Source of the DNA: Bdellovibrionota bacterium
GTDB lineage: Bacteria > Bdellovibrionota > Bdellovibrionia > Bdellovibrionales > JAEYZS01
Reading direction: 5' to 3'
Assembly (NCBI GenBank): GCA_040386775.1
Contig: JAZKEU010000007.1
Location: forward strand, 19,459 to 83,458
Length of the DNA stretch: 64,000 nucleotides
Positions within the stretch are counted from its first letter, which is position 1; each line of letters opens with the position of its first letter. This document shows positions 16,756 to 26,298 of the stretch, piece by piece. Both the position numbers and the translations under genes were made by a program. The notes beneath the pieces were generated by a model. It saw only the letters and a program-made list of their open reading frames with translations. It ran no database searches and was not told the DNA's origin.

Positions 16756-17499
16756 TTATGACTTAGTGAAAGGCTCGTTCAACTTCACTTTTTTCTGATT
16801 CTTCCTAAGCTTCAAGTTTAGAAGCTCAACTCCAAGTGAGAACGCCATAGAGAAGTAGATATAGCCTTTTGGAATGTGGTGACCTAATCCATCGGCAATC
16901 AAAGTTACGCCAATCAAAATCAAGAAGCTCAAAGCCAACATCTTAATTGTTGGATGATTATCTACAAAATCTGAAATTGTTTTTGCAGAAACAATCATGA
17001 CCGCCGTCGATGCAAGGATTGCCGCCACCATGATGGATTTTTGCTCTACCATGCCCACCGCCGTAATTACGGAATCCAATGAAAACACGATATCCAGTAG
17101 GAGAATCTGGAAAATCACTCTACCAAATGAAGCTACGATACGTTTGTTCTGTTCTCCATCTTCACCTTCCAGTTTGTGATGGATTTCAAAAGTACTTTTA
17201 CCAAGTAAGAAAAGCCCACCGATCAAAAGAATCAAATCTCTACCCGAGAATTCATTTCCAAGAACTGTAAAGAGTGGTTCTGTCAAACTCATGATCCAAG
17301 CCAACGACATCAAAAGAATGATTCTTGTGATGACCGCGAGTGCAAGTCCAAGCATACGAGCTTTACTTCTTTGTTCCGCTGGAAGCTTTCCGCAAAGAAT
17401 AGAAATAAACACGATATTGTCCACGCCAAGTACGAGTTCTAGAGCAAAGAGAGTTGCGAAGCTAATCCAAGCTTCAGGAGAAGATAAAAGTTCTAACAT
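16756..17499 (-). CDS. TerC-family integral membrane protein
   Basis: 247 aa, multi-TM. N-terminal ..WISFATLFALELVLGVDNIVFISIL and a second ..LLLDIVFSLDSVITAVG repeat are characteristic of TerC/YkoY-type proteins. Confidence 0.8.
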   Translation of the reverse strand: MLELLSSPEAWISFATLFALELVLGVDNIVFISILCGKLPAEQRSKARMLGLALAVITRIILLMSLAWIMSLTEPLFTVLGNEFSGRDLILLIGGLFLLGKSTFEIHHKLEGEDGEQNKRIVASFGRVIFQILLLDIVFSLDSVITAVGMVEQKSIMVAAILASTAVMIVSAKTISDFVDNHPTIKMLALSFLILIGVTLIADGLGHHIPKGYIYFSMAFSLGVELLNLKLRKNQKKVKLNEPFTKS

Positions 17500-17539
17500 A
17501 TGAGGTCATCCTTTGTTGTGCTAATTTTTTTCTTAAGGC

Positions 17540-18082
17540 TTAATTCCCGCCGCCGCCAGCTCCAAAGCGGTATTCGAAACCGAATCCAAAGAAAAGTATA
17601 GTACCTGGATGAAAATTGAAACGCATTTCCATTCTAAGAAATAGTGTGTCAGCAATATGAGCAAGAACACCGCCGGCAGTATGCACTCCGCCATAATATG
17701 TGTGTTCTGAAGAAGCCGGACCTTTTATTCTGATTAAATCTGCACCAAGGAGACCATATACAAAAAGATCTTGAAACGGTATGTCGCCTCTTAAGCTAAG
17801 ATGAAGATCCGAGTACTTTACGCCTTCCGAGTTAGAGCCCGTATAGCCAGCTTCTAAAAGCGTCGACTCAAATAACGGATATCCATATCTTACCCCAAAA
17901 CCGCTTAAAATTTCATCGGTTGCTGGAATAGAATTAGGAAGTAAGGGACCGGTATGAATGCTTACTGCATGACCAGTGGGCTTTGCTGTTCCGCCAGTAG
18001 CTTCTTGTGCCATAGCATTTTCAGGAAAACTGGAAAGCATAACCAAGAGACCGAGGGCAATAACAAGCTGTATAAATCTCAT
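17540..18082 (-). CDS. small outer-membrane beta-barrel protein (OmpA-barrel/OMP_b-brl-like)
   Basis: 180 aa. Signal peptide ..SSFPENAMA/QE. Alternating Gly/aromatic strands with C-terminal FGFGFEYRF. Confidence 0.6.
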   Translation of the reverse strand: MRFIQLVIALGLLVMLSSFPENAMAQEATGGTAKPTGHAVSIHTGPLLPNSIPATDEILSGFGVRYGYPLFESTLLEAGYTGSNSEGVKYSDLHLSLRGDIPFQDLFVYGLLGADLIRIKGPASSEHTYYGGVHTAGGVLAHIADTLFLRMEMRFNFHPGTILFFGFGFEYRFGAGGGGN

Positions 18083-18129
18083 CTGAAAACTCCGGGGTAA
18101 ATCCTTAAGCTGTAAATCTTTAAAACTAT

Positions 18130-19044
18130 ATGATACATGAGAAACCTCAGATACTCAAATCGTCACTTGACGATCGTAAGATTGGGATCCAAAATCCAAA
18201 CATGCTTAAAAGATCCGAAGGTTATTTCAGAGGCAAAGACGATTTCGAACTCTACTTCCAGGCATGGACTCCTGCAAAGCCCGTTGCGACTTTAGTCATA
18301 AACCATGGTCTTGGTGAACACACAGATTGTTATCAAAGATTAGTCGATGGCCTGAGCGATCAAAACATTCAGTTCATTGCTTGGGACATGAGGGGTCATG
18401 GTCGCTCTGAAGGAAAACGTGGCGTTGTAAAAAGACTTTCAGATTATTCAGCAGATCTTGTTATCTTGATTGATTTTATCCGAAATGAAATTTCAAAAAA
18501 ACCAATCGCGATGGTTGGTCACTCTTTAGGTGGATTGGTTACGCTCAATACAATCATCAGAAATCCAGAATTGGACATCAAATGCGCAGTTCTCAGTTCA
18601 CCACTTCTTGGAGTGCAGGTAGAAGTGCCAGAGCTGAAAAAAATTGGTGCAAAGTATTTGGCAGAGTATTTACCAAGTCTCACGATGTGGAATGAGCTTG
18701 ACGATAAAATTTTAACTCATGAGAAAAAAATTCTTACAGAGTTTGAGAAAGATCCATTGAGGCACGACCGCGTGAGCCCGAGACTTTACCTCGATATGGT
18801 AGGTTACTCGGAAAGAATTAGAAGAGAGGGCGGAAGCGTCCTTCTTCCAATTTTCTTCCAACTCTCAGGCCAAGACAAAGTTGTTAGCACAAAAGCAAGT
18901 TCTGCTTTTTATGAGACTGTAAAATCAAAAGACAAGGAATTAAAAATTTACGAAAACTCATATCACGAAATCTATAACGATGTAGAGCGTGAGGTGGCTT
19001 TTGCAGACATTAAAGCCTTCTTTAAAAAACATCTTATTGCCTAA
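18130..19044 (+). CDS. alpha/beta hydrolase (lysophospholipase/monoacylglycerol lipase-like)
   Basis: HGLGEH oxyanion motif, nucleophile elbow GHSLGG, C-terminal ..SYHEIYND. The start may be the internal Met (MLKRSEG). Confidence 0.75.
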   Translation: MIHEKPQILKSSLDDRKIGIQNPNMLKRSEGYFRGKDDFELYFQAWTPAKPVATLVINHGLGEHTDCYQRLVDGLSDQNIQFIAWDMRGHGRSEGKRGVVKRLSDYSADLVILIDFIRNEISKKPIAMVGHSLGGLVTLNTIIRNPELDIKCAVLSSPLLGVQVEVPELKKIGAKYLAEYLPSLTMWNELDDKILTHEKKILTEFEKDPLRHDRVSPRLYLDMVGYSERIRREGGSVLLPIFFQLSGQDKVVSTKASSAFYETVKSKDKELKIYENSYHEIYNDVEREVAFADIKAFFKKHLIA

Positions 19045-19087
19045 TCTCTCACCGAACCTCTACTTAACTTCTCTAAAGGAGAGAACA

Positions 19088-19666
19088 ATGCTCGAACTTA
19101 AAAGCTTAAGCCCAGATGTTCTGAAGAAAAAATTAATCGACCTTATCAGAGAAAAATCCTACGAGAAAAAAGAAATCACTCTTTCGTCAGGCCTTAAAAG
19201 CAATTTTTATATCGATATGAAGCAAACCATGCTTCACGCAGAAGGCATTTATCTGATCTCACGGTTGATGCTCGAGAAGCTACAATCTCTTGATGGCAAG
19301 ATCACAGGTGTTGGTGGGATGACTATGGGTGCAGATCCCATGACGTCGGTGGTGAGTTTGATGAGTTTGACGTGGAAAAACCCAATTCATGCATTTTATA
19401 TTCGCAAAGAACCCAAGGGACACGGGACCAACGAATGGGTAGAAGGATTAAAAAACTTCTCTAAAGGCGAAAGTGTTTTTATATTAGAAGATGTTGTCAC
19501 AACAGGTGGATCAAGTCTTAAAGCTGTGGAACGCGCAGAACAAGCGGGTTTAAAGGTTTTAGGAATTCTCACCTGTGTAGATCGTCAAGAGGGCGGTCGT
19601 GAAAAAATCGAAGCCAAGGGATTGCAATTTATAACCTTGGTCACCAAGCAGGAAATCGAATGTTGA
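19088..19666 (+). CDS. pyrE: orotate phosphoribosyltransferase
   Basis: ATG 19088 preceded by AAGGAGAG. PRPP-binding motif VFILEDVVTTGGS; ..FYIRKEPKGHG... Confidence 0.85.
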   Translation: MLELKSLSPDVLKKKLIDLIREKSYEKKEITLSSGLKSNFYIDMKQTMLHAEGIYLISRLMLEKLQSLDGKITGVGGMTMGADPMTSVVSLMSLTWKNPIHAFYIRKEPKGHGTNEWVEGLKNFSKGESVFILEDVVTTGGSSLKAVERAEQAGLKVLGILTCVDRQEGGREKIEAKGLQFITLVTKQEIEC

Positions 19667-20256
19667 GACTTTTAGGTATTATTCTTTGTGGCTCTTTGTA
19701 TCTTATTACAATGTTAGGTTGTACTTCTTTGGACAGATCTACTGTCGCAGACAACAATTATTATTCTCTTGTTAAGGATTACTCAGACAGAGCGGAGTTT
19801 TATTCTGGTTTCATGAACGTATTCCAAATTCATGCTACGATATTGAATCAAAAAGTTTTAGAAGCCCAAGTGGAAAAGAAAGCTTCAAGTTTCAACTGGT
19901 CAGACACTCAAAAATCAGAAGACATGGCTAAAATCACAAATAGTCTTCGCGGTGAAACAACAGTGTTTGTGAGTTTCTATACTCCAGAAAACAAATTGAA
20001 TAACTTGGATAGCCCAAGTTCAATCTGGAGAGTTTTCTTGGACGTGAATAACAAAAGATACGTAGGTTCGGTTTCGACTTATGTGGGTTTTGCCAATGAG
20101 GCGCAGCTTTTCTACCCTTACCATACGATATTTGGAAAAGGTTATCTCGTAAGATTCCCAGTTCCTATGATGAACATTCAGGATTACCCGATGTCACTCA
20201 CAGTCACTGGGACAATTGGATCTGATACAATCAAATTCCCGGCGATGAAGAATTAA
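19660..20256 (+). CDS. lipoprotein, unknown function
   Basis: 198 aa. Lipobox ITMLG/C. Start overlaps the pyrE stop. Confidence 0.55.
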   Translation: MLRLLGIILCGSLYLITMLGCTSLDRSTVADNNYYSLVKDYSDRAEFYSGFMNVFQIHATILNQKVLEAQVEKKASSFNWSDTQKSEDMAKITNSLRGETTVFVSFYTPENKLNNLDSPSSIWRVFLDVNNKRYVGSVSTYVGFANEAQLFYPYHTIFGKGYLVRFPVPMMNIQDYPMSLTVTGTIGSDTIKFPAMKN

Positions 20257-20642
20257 TCGTTTATAAAAGAAATAAATTCTTTTCCTTCGATTTCAAATTT
20301 TTCTAGATTTCCATTGGCTTTATACTCAGGAGCTGGGTCGCCACCATCGCAGTCAAACCATTCCATGGCTTCATATCTATCAACATGCACTTTGACTTGA
20401 GCATTTGCTGGTAGAGAAGGGCTATCAGTGATTTCTGAGTACAAGAATATTCTGGTCACTTTTTCAATGCCATCATAGTAAGAGCACGACTCGTATCCGT
20501 GTTCGTGCCTACAGCTTAAACGTCCTTCAGATTCTCTAGTAAAAATTTTTTGACCCACAACATATTCTGGGATCCACGCGCAGCCTGATGCCCATGTTTG
20601 TATTGGTAAAGCTAAAAAAGTCATTAATAATAGTTTTTTCAT
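20253..20642 (-). CDS. small secreted Cys-containing protein, unknown function
   Basis: 129 aa. Signal peptide MKKLLLMTFLALPIQTWA/SG. RBS GGGAGGA upstream. Divergent from the LysR gene. Confidence 0.55.
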   Translation of the reverse strand: MKKLLLMTFLALPIQTWASGCAWIPEYVVGQKIFTRESEGRLSCRHEHGYESCSYYDGIEKVTRIFLYSEITDSPSLPANAQVKVHVDRYEAMEWFDCDGGDPAPEYKANGNLEKFEIEGKEFISFIND

Positions 20643-20729
20643 AAATCCTCCCTTTGAGAAGGATGTAACAAAGATTGAAAGATTAAAAAAATATATAATT
20701 TGAATACTATCTATGCTTTAAAGGCATAT

Positions 20730-21590
20730 ATGAATTTGCATCACTTAAGATACTTTTATGTCGTAGCTCAAGAAGGGGGATTCTCCAAAGCCTCAAAACT
20801 CTTAAGGATTCAACAGCCAGCCATCAGCAGAATGGTCGGTATGCTCGAAGAGGATATGGGGTTTAAGCTCTTTGAAAGGGTAGGAAGAAATGTACGACTA
20901 ACTCGCCAAGGTGAGGATGTCTTTGAAACCTGCAAGAATATTTTTGGCGAAGTGGATAAGCTCAAAGCGTCCATTGGCCAAATGAATGAGGAATGCCAAG
21001 GACCATTGGTGATTGCCGCTTCAGAACCTATTGCGAGCCATTATATTCCTCGTGTTTTGAATCCTTATCTTCGTGCCCATCCCAAAGTTTACCCACAAAT
21101 TTTCTCAGGACCAGCCTCCATGCTTTTTGAAAAACTTCTCAATGGAGATATTGAGTTTGGTTGTTTTTTTCATATTCCAGAATTGCCAGAGAGATTGGAA
21201 ATTTTTGAAAAGAAAAATATTCGATACCATCTTGTTATTAGGAAAGATTTAAAGAAAGATCAGGAAGTGATTTCATCCTTTATAGGTTCAAGAGAAATTG
21301 ATGACACATCCACGAGACGTTTTCCGACGCTAGAGCGATTGCGAAAAGACTATCCACTAGCCACAATCAAAATTTCTAGCAACAACTTGACGGCGCACAG
21401 AGGAATGGTTCTTCAGGGTTTAGGAGTTTCGATACTGCCGGATTTTTTGGTGGTAGAAGATATTAGAAATGGCTTACTTACAGATATTTATCCTAAAGAG
21501 AATTTTATATTTCAGTTGAAGTACATCAAGCGAAAGACATCTTTACTCTCAAAGAATGCACAAACATTTATAGATTTATCCCTAAAATAA
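20730..21590 (+). CDS. LysR-family transcriptional regulator
   Basis: ATG 20730 gives MNLHHLRYFYVVAQEGGFSKASKLLRIQQPAISRMVGMLEEDMGFKLFER, a canonical LysR wHTH, followed by a substrate-binding domain. Confidence 0.85.
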   Translation: MNLHHLRYFYVVAQEGGFSKASKLLRIQQPAISRMVGMLEEDMGFKLFERVGRNVRLTRQGEDVFETCKNIFGEVDKLKASIGQMNEECQGPLVIAASEPIASHYIPRVLNPYLRAHPKVYPQIFSGPASMLFEKLLNGDIEFGCFFHIPELPERLEIFEKKNIRYHLVIRKDLKKDQEVISSFIGSREIDDTSTRRFPTLERLRKDYPLATIKISSNNLTAHRGMVLQGLGVSILPDFLVVEDIRNGLLTDIYPKENFIFQLKYIKRKTSLLSKNAQTFIDLSLK

Positions 21591-21630
21591 AAAATGTCAG
21601 CCCTCATGGCTAGCATTTGAAATTTATAGA

Positions 21631-22215
21631 TTAGAATAGGTTGCTGCAGTTTAAAGGCAATGGTGTAAAACCGAGGATTTCTCCTCCGAGGGTAGTGCCG
21701 ACTTTGGAGTTAGTGATGCGATCAATTTCTAACGCTACTTGAATATCAGAAAGTTCTTGCTGTTTTGCTGCGTACTCCGGAATGATCGGAAATTTGTGGC
21801 GTTTAAAAGTATAAATAGTTTCCACTCTCATTTTTGGATATGAAGATAAGACTTTCATGCGACTATTGTGTTTAAACCCTTTCATAACAATAAATTCCGT
21901 GAATAGTCTTGGTCGATCCAATCCAGCTTTAAGGACCCACTCTACGCCACGCACATCGTGTATCACTCCATTTTCAATAAAGCGCCCTTTTTCCATGATC
22001 AAGGGAATGGATTCCATATCGGATAAAGATCTTTGATCGGGATCAATCACCACTCTGCCGTAATGAAAGACAATGCCGGTGAATTGTTTTTCGGCATAAT
22101 CATATTTGGAGCTTGTGAGCTGGTGTAAAAGAAATTTTCGCAAAGGCATATCTTCGGCATGAGAAGCAGATGACGTTGAAATGATTATAGCTAAAGCAAA
22201 TAAAAATCTATACAC
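21631..22215 (-). CDS. secreted hypothetical protein (194-aa tandem paralog 1)
   Basis: Signal peptide ..STSSASHA/ED. Collinear with ORF 22232..22816 (PL+xFxLxQLTSSK.., ..LDRP..F.., C-terminal CSNLF). Confidence 0.55.
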   Translation of the reverse strand: MYRFLFALAIIISTSSASHAEDMPLRKFLLHQLTSSKYDYAEKQFTGIVFHYGRVVIDPDQRSLSDMESIPLIMEKGRFIENGVIHDVRGVEWVLKAGLDRPRLFTEFIVMKGFKHNSRMKVLSSYPKMRVETIYTFKRHKFPIIPEYAAKQQELSDIQVALEIDRITNSKVGTTLGGEILGFTPLPLNCSNLF

Positions 22216-22231
22216 GTATCCTCTCTCTCTC

Positions 22232-22816
22232 TTAAAATAAACTACTGCAACTTGGTGCGGGTAAAAGTAATTGTTTGTTAGTGGGTATAACGAATTGAAG
22301 ATTTCTTCCTACAATTCTACGAAGATCATTGGTGGCTATTATTTTTGCTTTTTCAAATTCTTGTTTTTCATAGTCGTGAACAAGTGGGAAATTTCTTCTT
22401 TCAAGAATGTAAGAATTTTTATTTATCACTCCATGTTTAGAGTAAATGCTATGCCCCTCCAGCGTGGTGAAGAATTCATTCGTAAAATTCATAAAATAGG
22501 TAGGGCGGTCAAGACTTGGTAGAAATCTCCAAGAAACTTCCATGAGATCATGAATAAGATTTCTTTCGGTAATCTGTCCCTTTTTGATGATATCCATAAG
22601 TGAGGCGGCTTCTGCGGAGGTGAGGCGATCTAGATCGATGCTCACTTCTCCATAATAAGAAAGAATCCTTGAAGATTTTTTTTCATTATAAGTATGTTTG
22701 GAACTTGTAAGCTGAGGCAGAATAAATTCTTTCAGAGGTAAGGATTGCGCATGAGAAGTAGGCGATAACAAAACGAGCAATGATAAAACTAATAAAAATT
22801 TACCCACGACACCCAA
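22232..22816 (-). CDS. secreted hypothetical protein (194-aa tandem paralog 2)
   Basis: Signal peptide ..LSPTSHA/QS. Same length and motif order as ORF 21631..22215. C-terminal CSSLF. Confidence 0.55.
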   Translation of the reverse strand: MGVVGKFLLVLSLLVLLSPTSHAQSLPLKEFILPQLTSSKHTYNEKKSSRILSYYGEVSIDLDRLTSAEAASLMDIIKKGQITERNLIHDLMEVSWRFLPSLDRPTYFMNFTNEFFTTLEGHSIYSKHGVINKNSYILERRNFPLVHDYEKQEFEKAKIIATNDLRRIVGRNLQFVIPTNKQLLLPAPSCSSLF

Positions 22817-22979
22817 AACATATACCCCATAAAACCTATATTATTACCCAAACGCATTTGCCCTAAAGATTTATACATGTCATTTTCATAACTTACGATG
22901 CATTTTTGCTTCTATGAAAAAAAGATAGGAAATAAGTTAAGCGACAGAGCTCTGGAAAAAGTGATGTCGATCGTACCTT

Positions 22980-24563
22980 TTAGATAATTGTATCTTTAGC
23001 TTTACTTTGTTGCTTTGGATAATCCAGATTGTAGTGAACGCCTCTTGATTCTTTGCGTTTCAGAGCGGATTTAACGGTTAAACTTGCAACCAAGGCAAGG
23101 TTTCTAAGCTCCAAAATATCCGTATGCATTTTAAAGTTCCAGTAATATTCCTTCACTTCACTCATCAGATTATCAAGGCGATGCTCGGCTCTTTCGAGAC
23201 GCTTATTGGATCTTACAATTCCCACGTAATTCCACATGAGTCGTCTAATCTCTTCCCACATGTGCGTGATCATCACCATTTCATCTTTGTCTTCGTTGTG
23301 AGAATCTTTCCAATCTGCAGGCTCAAGTTCAGTCATGGGAAATTCATCCTTATGACTAATTATGTACTCACTCGAGTTGTGAGCGAAGGCCAAGCATTCT
23401 AGCAATGAATTAGAAGCCAAACGGTTTGCTCCATGAAGTCCGCTGCAGGAAGTTTCTCCGATAGCAAATAGCGCATTCAAATCTGTTTTTCCGTGTCGAT
23501 CGATATGAACGCCACCGCAGAGATAGTGAGCAGCGGGCACCACCGGAATGGGATCCTTATCCATAAAGATTCCGTACTCAGCGCACTTTTGATAAATCAC
23601 GGGGAATCTTTCCATCAAATATTCTTTTGGCTTATGAGTGATGTCGATATACACGCACTCTCGGCCCGACAATTTAATTTCGCTATCTATAGCGAGTGCT
23701 ACGGCGTCTCTCGGAGCAAGAGATCCAAGTTTATGATATTTGGTCATAAACTTTTCACCTTTGTGCGTGATGAGTTCTCCGCCTTCACCACGAATTGCTT
23801 CGGTGATTAGAAAGTTTCTCGCGTCGGGGTGATAGAGGCACGTCGGATGGAATTGCATCATCTCTAAATTTGTAACTCTGCAACCTGCTCTATAAGCCAT
23901 GGCGATTCCATCGCCCGTAGCGCCTTCCCAGTTGGAAGTGTAGAGATAAGTTTTTCCTGCCCCGCCAGAAGCCAAGCAAGTGGCCTTTGCAAGAATTTGT
24001 AGGACTTGCTTTTTATCATTATCAAAAATATAGGCGCCGATGCAGCGAGGAGGAGTGGTGAGGAGAGGATTTGTTTTTCGATCGACTAGAAGATCAATGG
24101 CAAAATGATTTTCTAAAATTTTAATGTTGGGATGTTTAGAAATTGTGTGCAGTAAAGATTTTTGAATCGCAGCCCCGGTGTAGTCCTTCACGTGCAGAAT
24201 TCTTCTCTTGGAATGTCCGCCTTCGCGGGTTAGGTCGATGGATTTGTGATCTTCTTGGAGATCAAATTTTACGCCCCAGTCGATGAGATCTTGAATTCTC
24301 TCGGGAGCTTGTTCGATCACATTTCTTACGATGTCTTCACGGCAGAGTCCGCCGCCGGCATCGAGCGTGTCTTGAATGTGTTTATCAAAACTATCGCTCT
24401 CATCAAACACCGCTGCGATTCCACCTTGGGCCCAATTTGTATTGGTCTGATCGCTTTTTGTTTTCGAAAGAATTGTCACGTCACCATGCTTTGCCATTTT
24501 CAAAGCAAAGGCCAAACCTGCGAGGCCGGTTCCAACTACAAGGTAATCTGTTTTGATCGTCAT
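22980..24563 (-). CDS. nadB: L-aspartate oxidase
   Basis: 527 aa. FAD-binding YLVVGTGLAGLAFAL; succinate dehydrogenase/fumarate reductase flavoprotein-like core (..HPTC.., ..RGEGG.., ..GLHGANRLASNSLLE..). Confidence 0.88.
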   Translation of the reverse strand: MTIKTDYLVVGTGLAGLAFALKMAKHGDVTILSKTKSDQTNTNWAQGGIAAVFDESDSFDKHIQDTLDAGGGLCREDIVRNVIEQAPERIQDLIDWGVKFDLQEDHKSIDLTREGGHSKRRILHVKDYTGAAIQKSLLHTISKHPNIKILENHFAIDLLVDRKTNPLLTTPPRCIGAYIFDNDKKQVLQILAKATCLASGGAGKTYLYTSNWEGATGDGIAMAYRAGCRVTNLEMMQFHPTCLYHPDARNFLITEAIRGEGGELITHKGEKFMTKYHKLGSLAPRDAVALAIDSEIKLSGRECVYIDITHKPKEYLMERFPVIYQKCAEYGIFMDKDPIPVVPAAHYLCGGVHIDRHGKTDLNALFAIGETSCSGLHGANRLASNSLLECLAFAHNSSEYIISHKDEFPMTELEPADWKDSHNEDKDEMVMITHMWEEIRRLMWNYVGIVRSNKRLERAEHRLDNLMSEVKEYYWNFKMHTDILELRNLALVASLTVKSALKRKESRGVHYNLDYPKQQSKAKDTII

Positions 24564-24609
24564 AGCTCTGGGATAATGAGTCTTCTTGGGTGGATTATCA
24601 AATGAAAAA

Positions 24610-25578
24610 TTACTTAATTTCTGAAATTTTCTGAGAATCTAAAGAAAATTGATAAGTCGCGCTTTTTGTTGATAACGATATATAATTTTTAATGGTGAGA
24701 CCAGATTTTTGAAAATAGAAACAATACCTGCGAAAAGCGCACAAAGAGGTATGTTTGTCTTTAAGCTCTGCTAATAAATCCTTAGTGGGCGAGAAGCTAG
24801 AGTCTAAAAAGAATAGATTGTATTTTGCTAAGTAGGAATCATTTAAAAGGACGGCGAAGGAAAAGTGTGTCCATATAGAATCGAAGGTTAAAAAATTCGG
24901 TTCAATGCTCGAAGAATTTCTTTTTTTATAAGAGAGAGTTGCAGCTTCAATATTTTTTGATCCAGATTCACTGCTTGTGGCAATGTCGTGGATGAAGAGC
25001 TCTCGACCAAAGTGAGCGTACAAGTAATACATAAAGAAATATGAGACCAAATATCCTTGGGAATGGATTTGATAGTCTTCAATGTCGTTTGAAAGATGGT
25101 AGAACTTTAAATTCCTAAATTGGTTTTCAAAGCCTTCCGGCCATTGTCCGGCATATAGAGTTTGTATGAGATTTGCGAGGCCTTCTTGAATCCAGCGTTC
25201 TTCGTTGGGTTGATAAGCGTTTCGTAAAATGTGCGTGAGTTCGTGAATAAGAACAAGTTGGTACTCTACAGCGGATTTCATGTTGTCATGAACTTTGATG
25301 GTTTGATTTTCGTTATCGGTGTGATGAACAAAACCCAAATAGTTTTCAAGAGGTGTTAATTCGATCTTTATGGGATAGAGATTTCTATCAATAGGATCAG
25401 GGATGTATTTTGTTAGAAAGTTATATGCTCTTTGAGTTTTTTCTTCGAGGTCAGCTTTATTTACAAAGTATTTTGGCAGTGAAGCATAACTATAGTTAAA
25501 ATCTCTAGCCTCAGAATGAGCTAGAGATTTTAACATGATTAAGGATACTAAAAAAAAATAGCTTCGAGCTTTAAGCAT
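24610..25578 (-). CDS. secreted gluzincin-like metallopeptidase (HExxH ... EG)
   Basis: 322 aa, signal peptide. LVLIHELTHILRNAYQPNEERWIQEGLA resembles the M1-type HExxH-x(n)-E zinc site (WLNEGFA-like). Confidence 0.5.
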   Translation of the reverse strand: MLKARSYFFLVSLIMLKSLAHSEARDFNYSYASLPKYFVNKADLEEKTQRAYNFLTKYIPDPIDRNLYPIKIELTPLENYLGFVHHTDNENQTIKVHDNMKSAVEYQLVLIHELTHILRNAYQPNEERWIQEGLANLIQTLYAGQWPEGFENQFRNLKFYHLSNDIEDYQIHSQGYLVSYFFMYYLYAHFGRELFIHDIATSSESGSKNIEAATLSYKKRNSSSIEPNFLTFDSIWTHFSFAVLLNDSYLAKYNLFFLDSSFSPTKDLLAELKDKHTSLCAFRRYCFYFQKSGLTIKNYISLSTKSATYQFSLDSQKISEIK

Positions 25579-25584
25579 TTTTTA

Positions 25585-26298
25585 TTATCTTTTTACATAA
25601 ACTAAAGTGATGTCGCAGACATTTGGAAGATGATAGTTTTTTCTTTTTCCACCCCATTCTGTAGGTTTTTTTTCTGACCAAGGGCAATGTCCAGGAAGTC
25701 CATCTTTTTGCTGCGTGAATAAAACACCAGACAAAACACCAGGCGCAATTTCTCGATATTCATAATGGTAGCCATCGGTAGTGTCTATTCTGTCCGCACT
25801 GCCAGCATAACTTGTGATCATAGTACCGGTGTTCGATTGCGAAGGCAGATAGAATGAATTATTTAGGTCAACTCTGGGATAATATATTCCCTTATCATCA
25901 TGATTATGGCATTGGATAATGTTCATATAGTTTTCATCAAAGTCATATGGAGTGCCCCAGGACGCAGCTGTAGTCATTTGTGGCTTAAGCATTATGTCCA
26001 ATGCTTTCTGTGCGCTGAAGTGTTGAAAGTAAATGAGTGCAGTAGAATAAAGAATTGCATTTTCTGAATTGATTATCCTTAAGCCTGCATAGCAGCCGGT
26101 GTAATTTTGCAGTGGAACTCTTCTTCCTTCGGCCTCTTGCCAGCGTTGATAGATCCTTTCTTCGACGCTAAGGTTGTCGTTTTTATTAGACAGTATTTCT
26201 TGCACAGCAAGCGTCACGGTACCGTTCCCGGTGTTTTCTGCTTGAGCTCCTTGAGCAATAAGCAATACTGCCAAAGTAAGGTTAAATAGTTTGTTCAT
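25585..26298 (-). CDS. secreted hypothetical protein
   Basis: 237 aa. Signal peptide ..LIAQGAQA/EN. Overlaps the upstream regulator gene by 17 nt, suggesting an operon. Confidence 0.5.
   Translation of the reverse strand: MNKLFNLTLAVLLIAQGAQAENTGNGTVTLAVQEILSNKNDNLSVEERIYQRWQEAEGRRVPLQNYTGCYAGLRIINSENAILYSTALIYFQHFSAQKALDIMLKPQMTTAASWGTPYDFDENYMNIIQCHNHDDKGIYYPRVDLNNSFYLPSQSNTGTMITSYAGSADRIDTTDGYHYEYREIAPGVLSGVLFTQQKDGLPGHCPWSEKKPTEWGGKRKNYHLPNVCDITLVYVKR

Noticed and set aside
17500-17539. Possible yybP-ykoY (Mn) riboswitch upstream of the TerC-family gene.
   Set aside because: Only about 40 nt separate the TerC start from the upstream gene stop. That is far too short for the ~100+ nt riboswitch, and no conserved four-way junction sequence is visible.
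18989-19087. Long N-terminal extension of pyrE in the track. The same applies to alr (31773..31838), mlaE (32884..32964), mlaF (33636..33785), rsmI-like (44080..44109), LysR (20700..20729) and pilD (53613..53657).
   Set aside because: The extensions overlap upstream genes and lack homology-like sequence. Internal ATGs with an RBS or stop-start overlaps give canonical N-termini.
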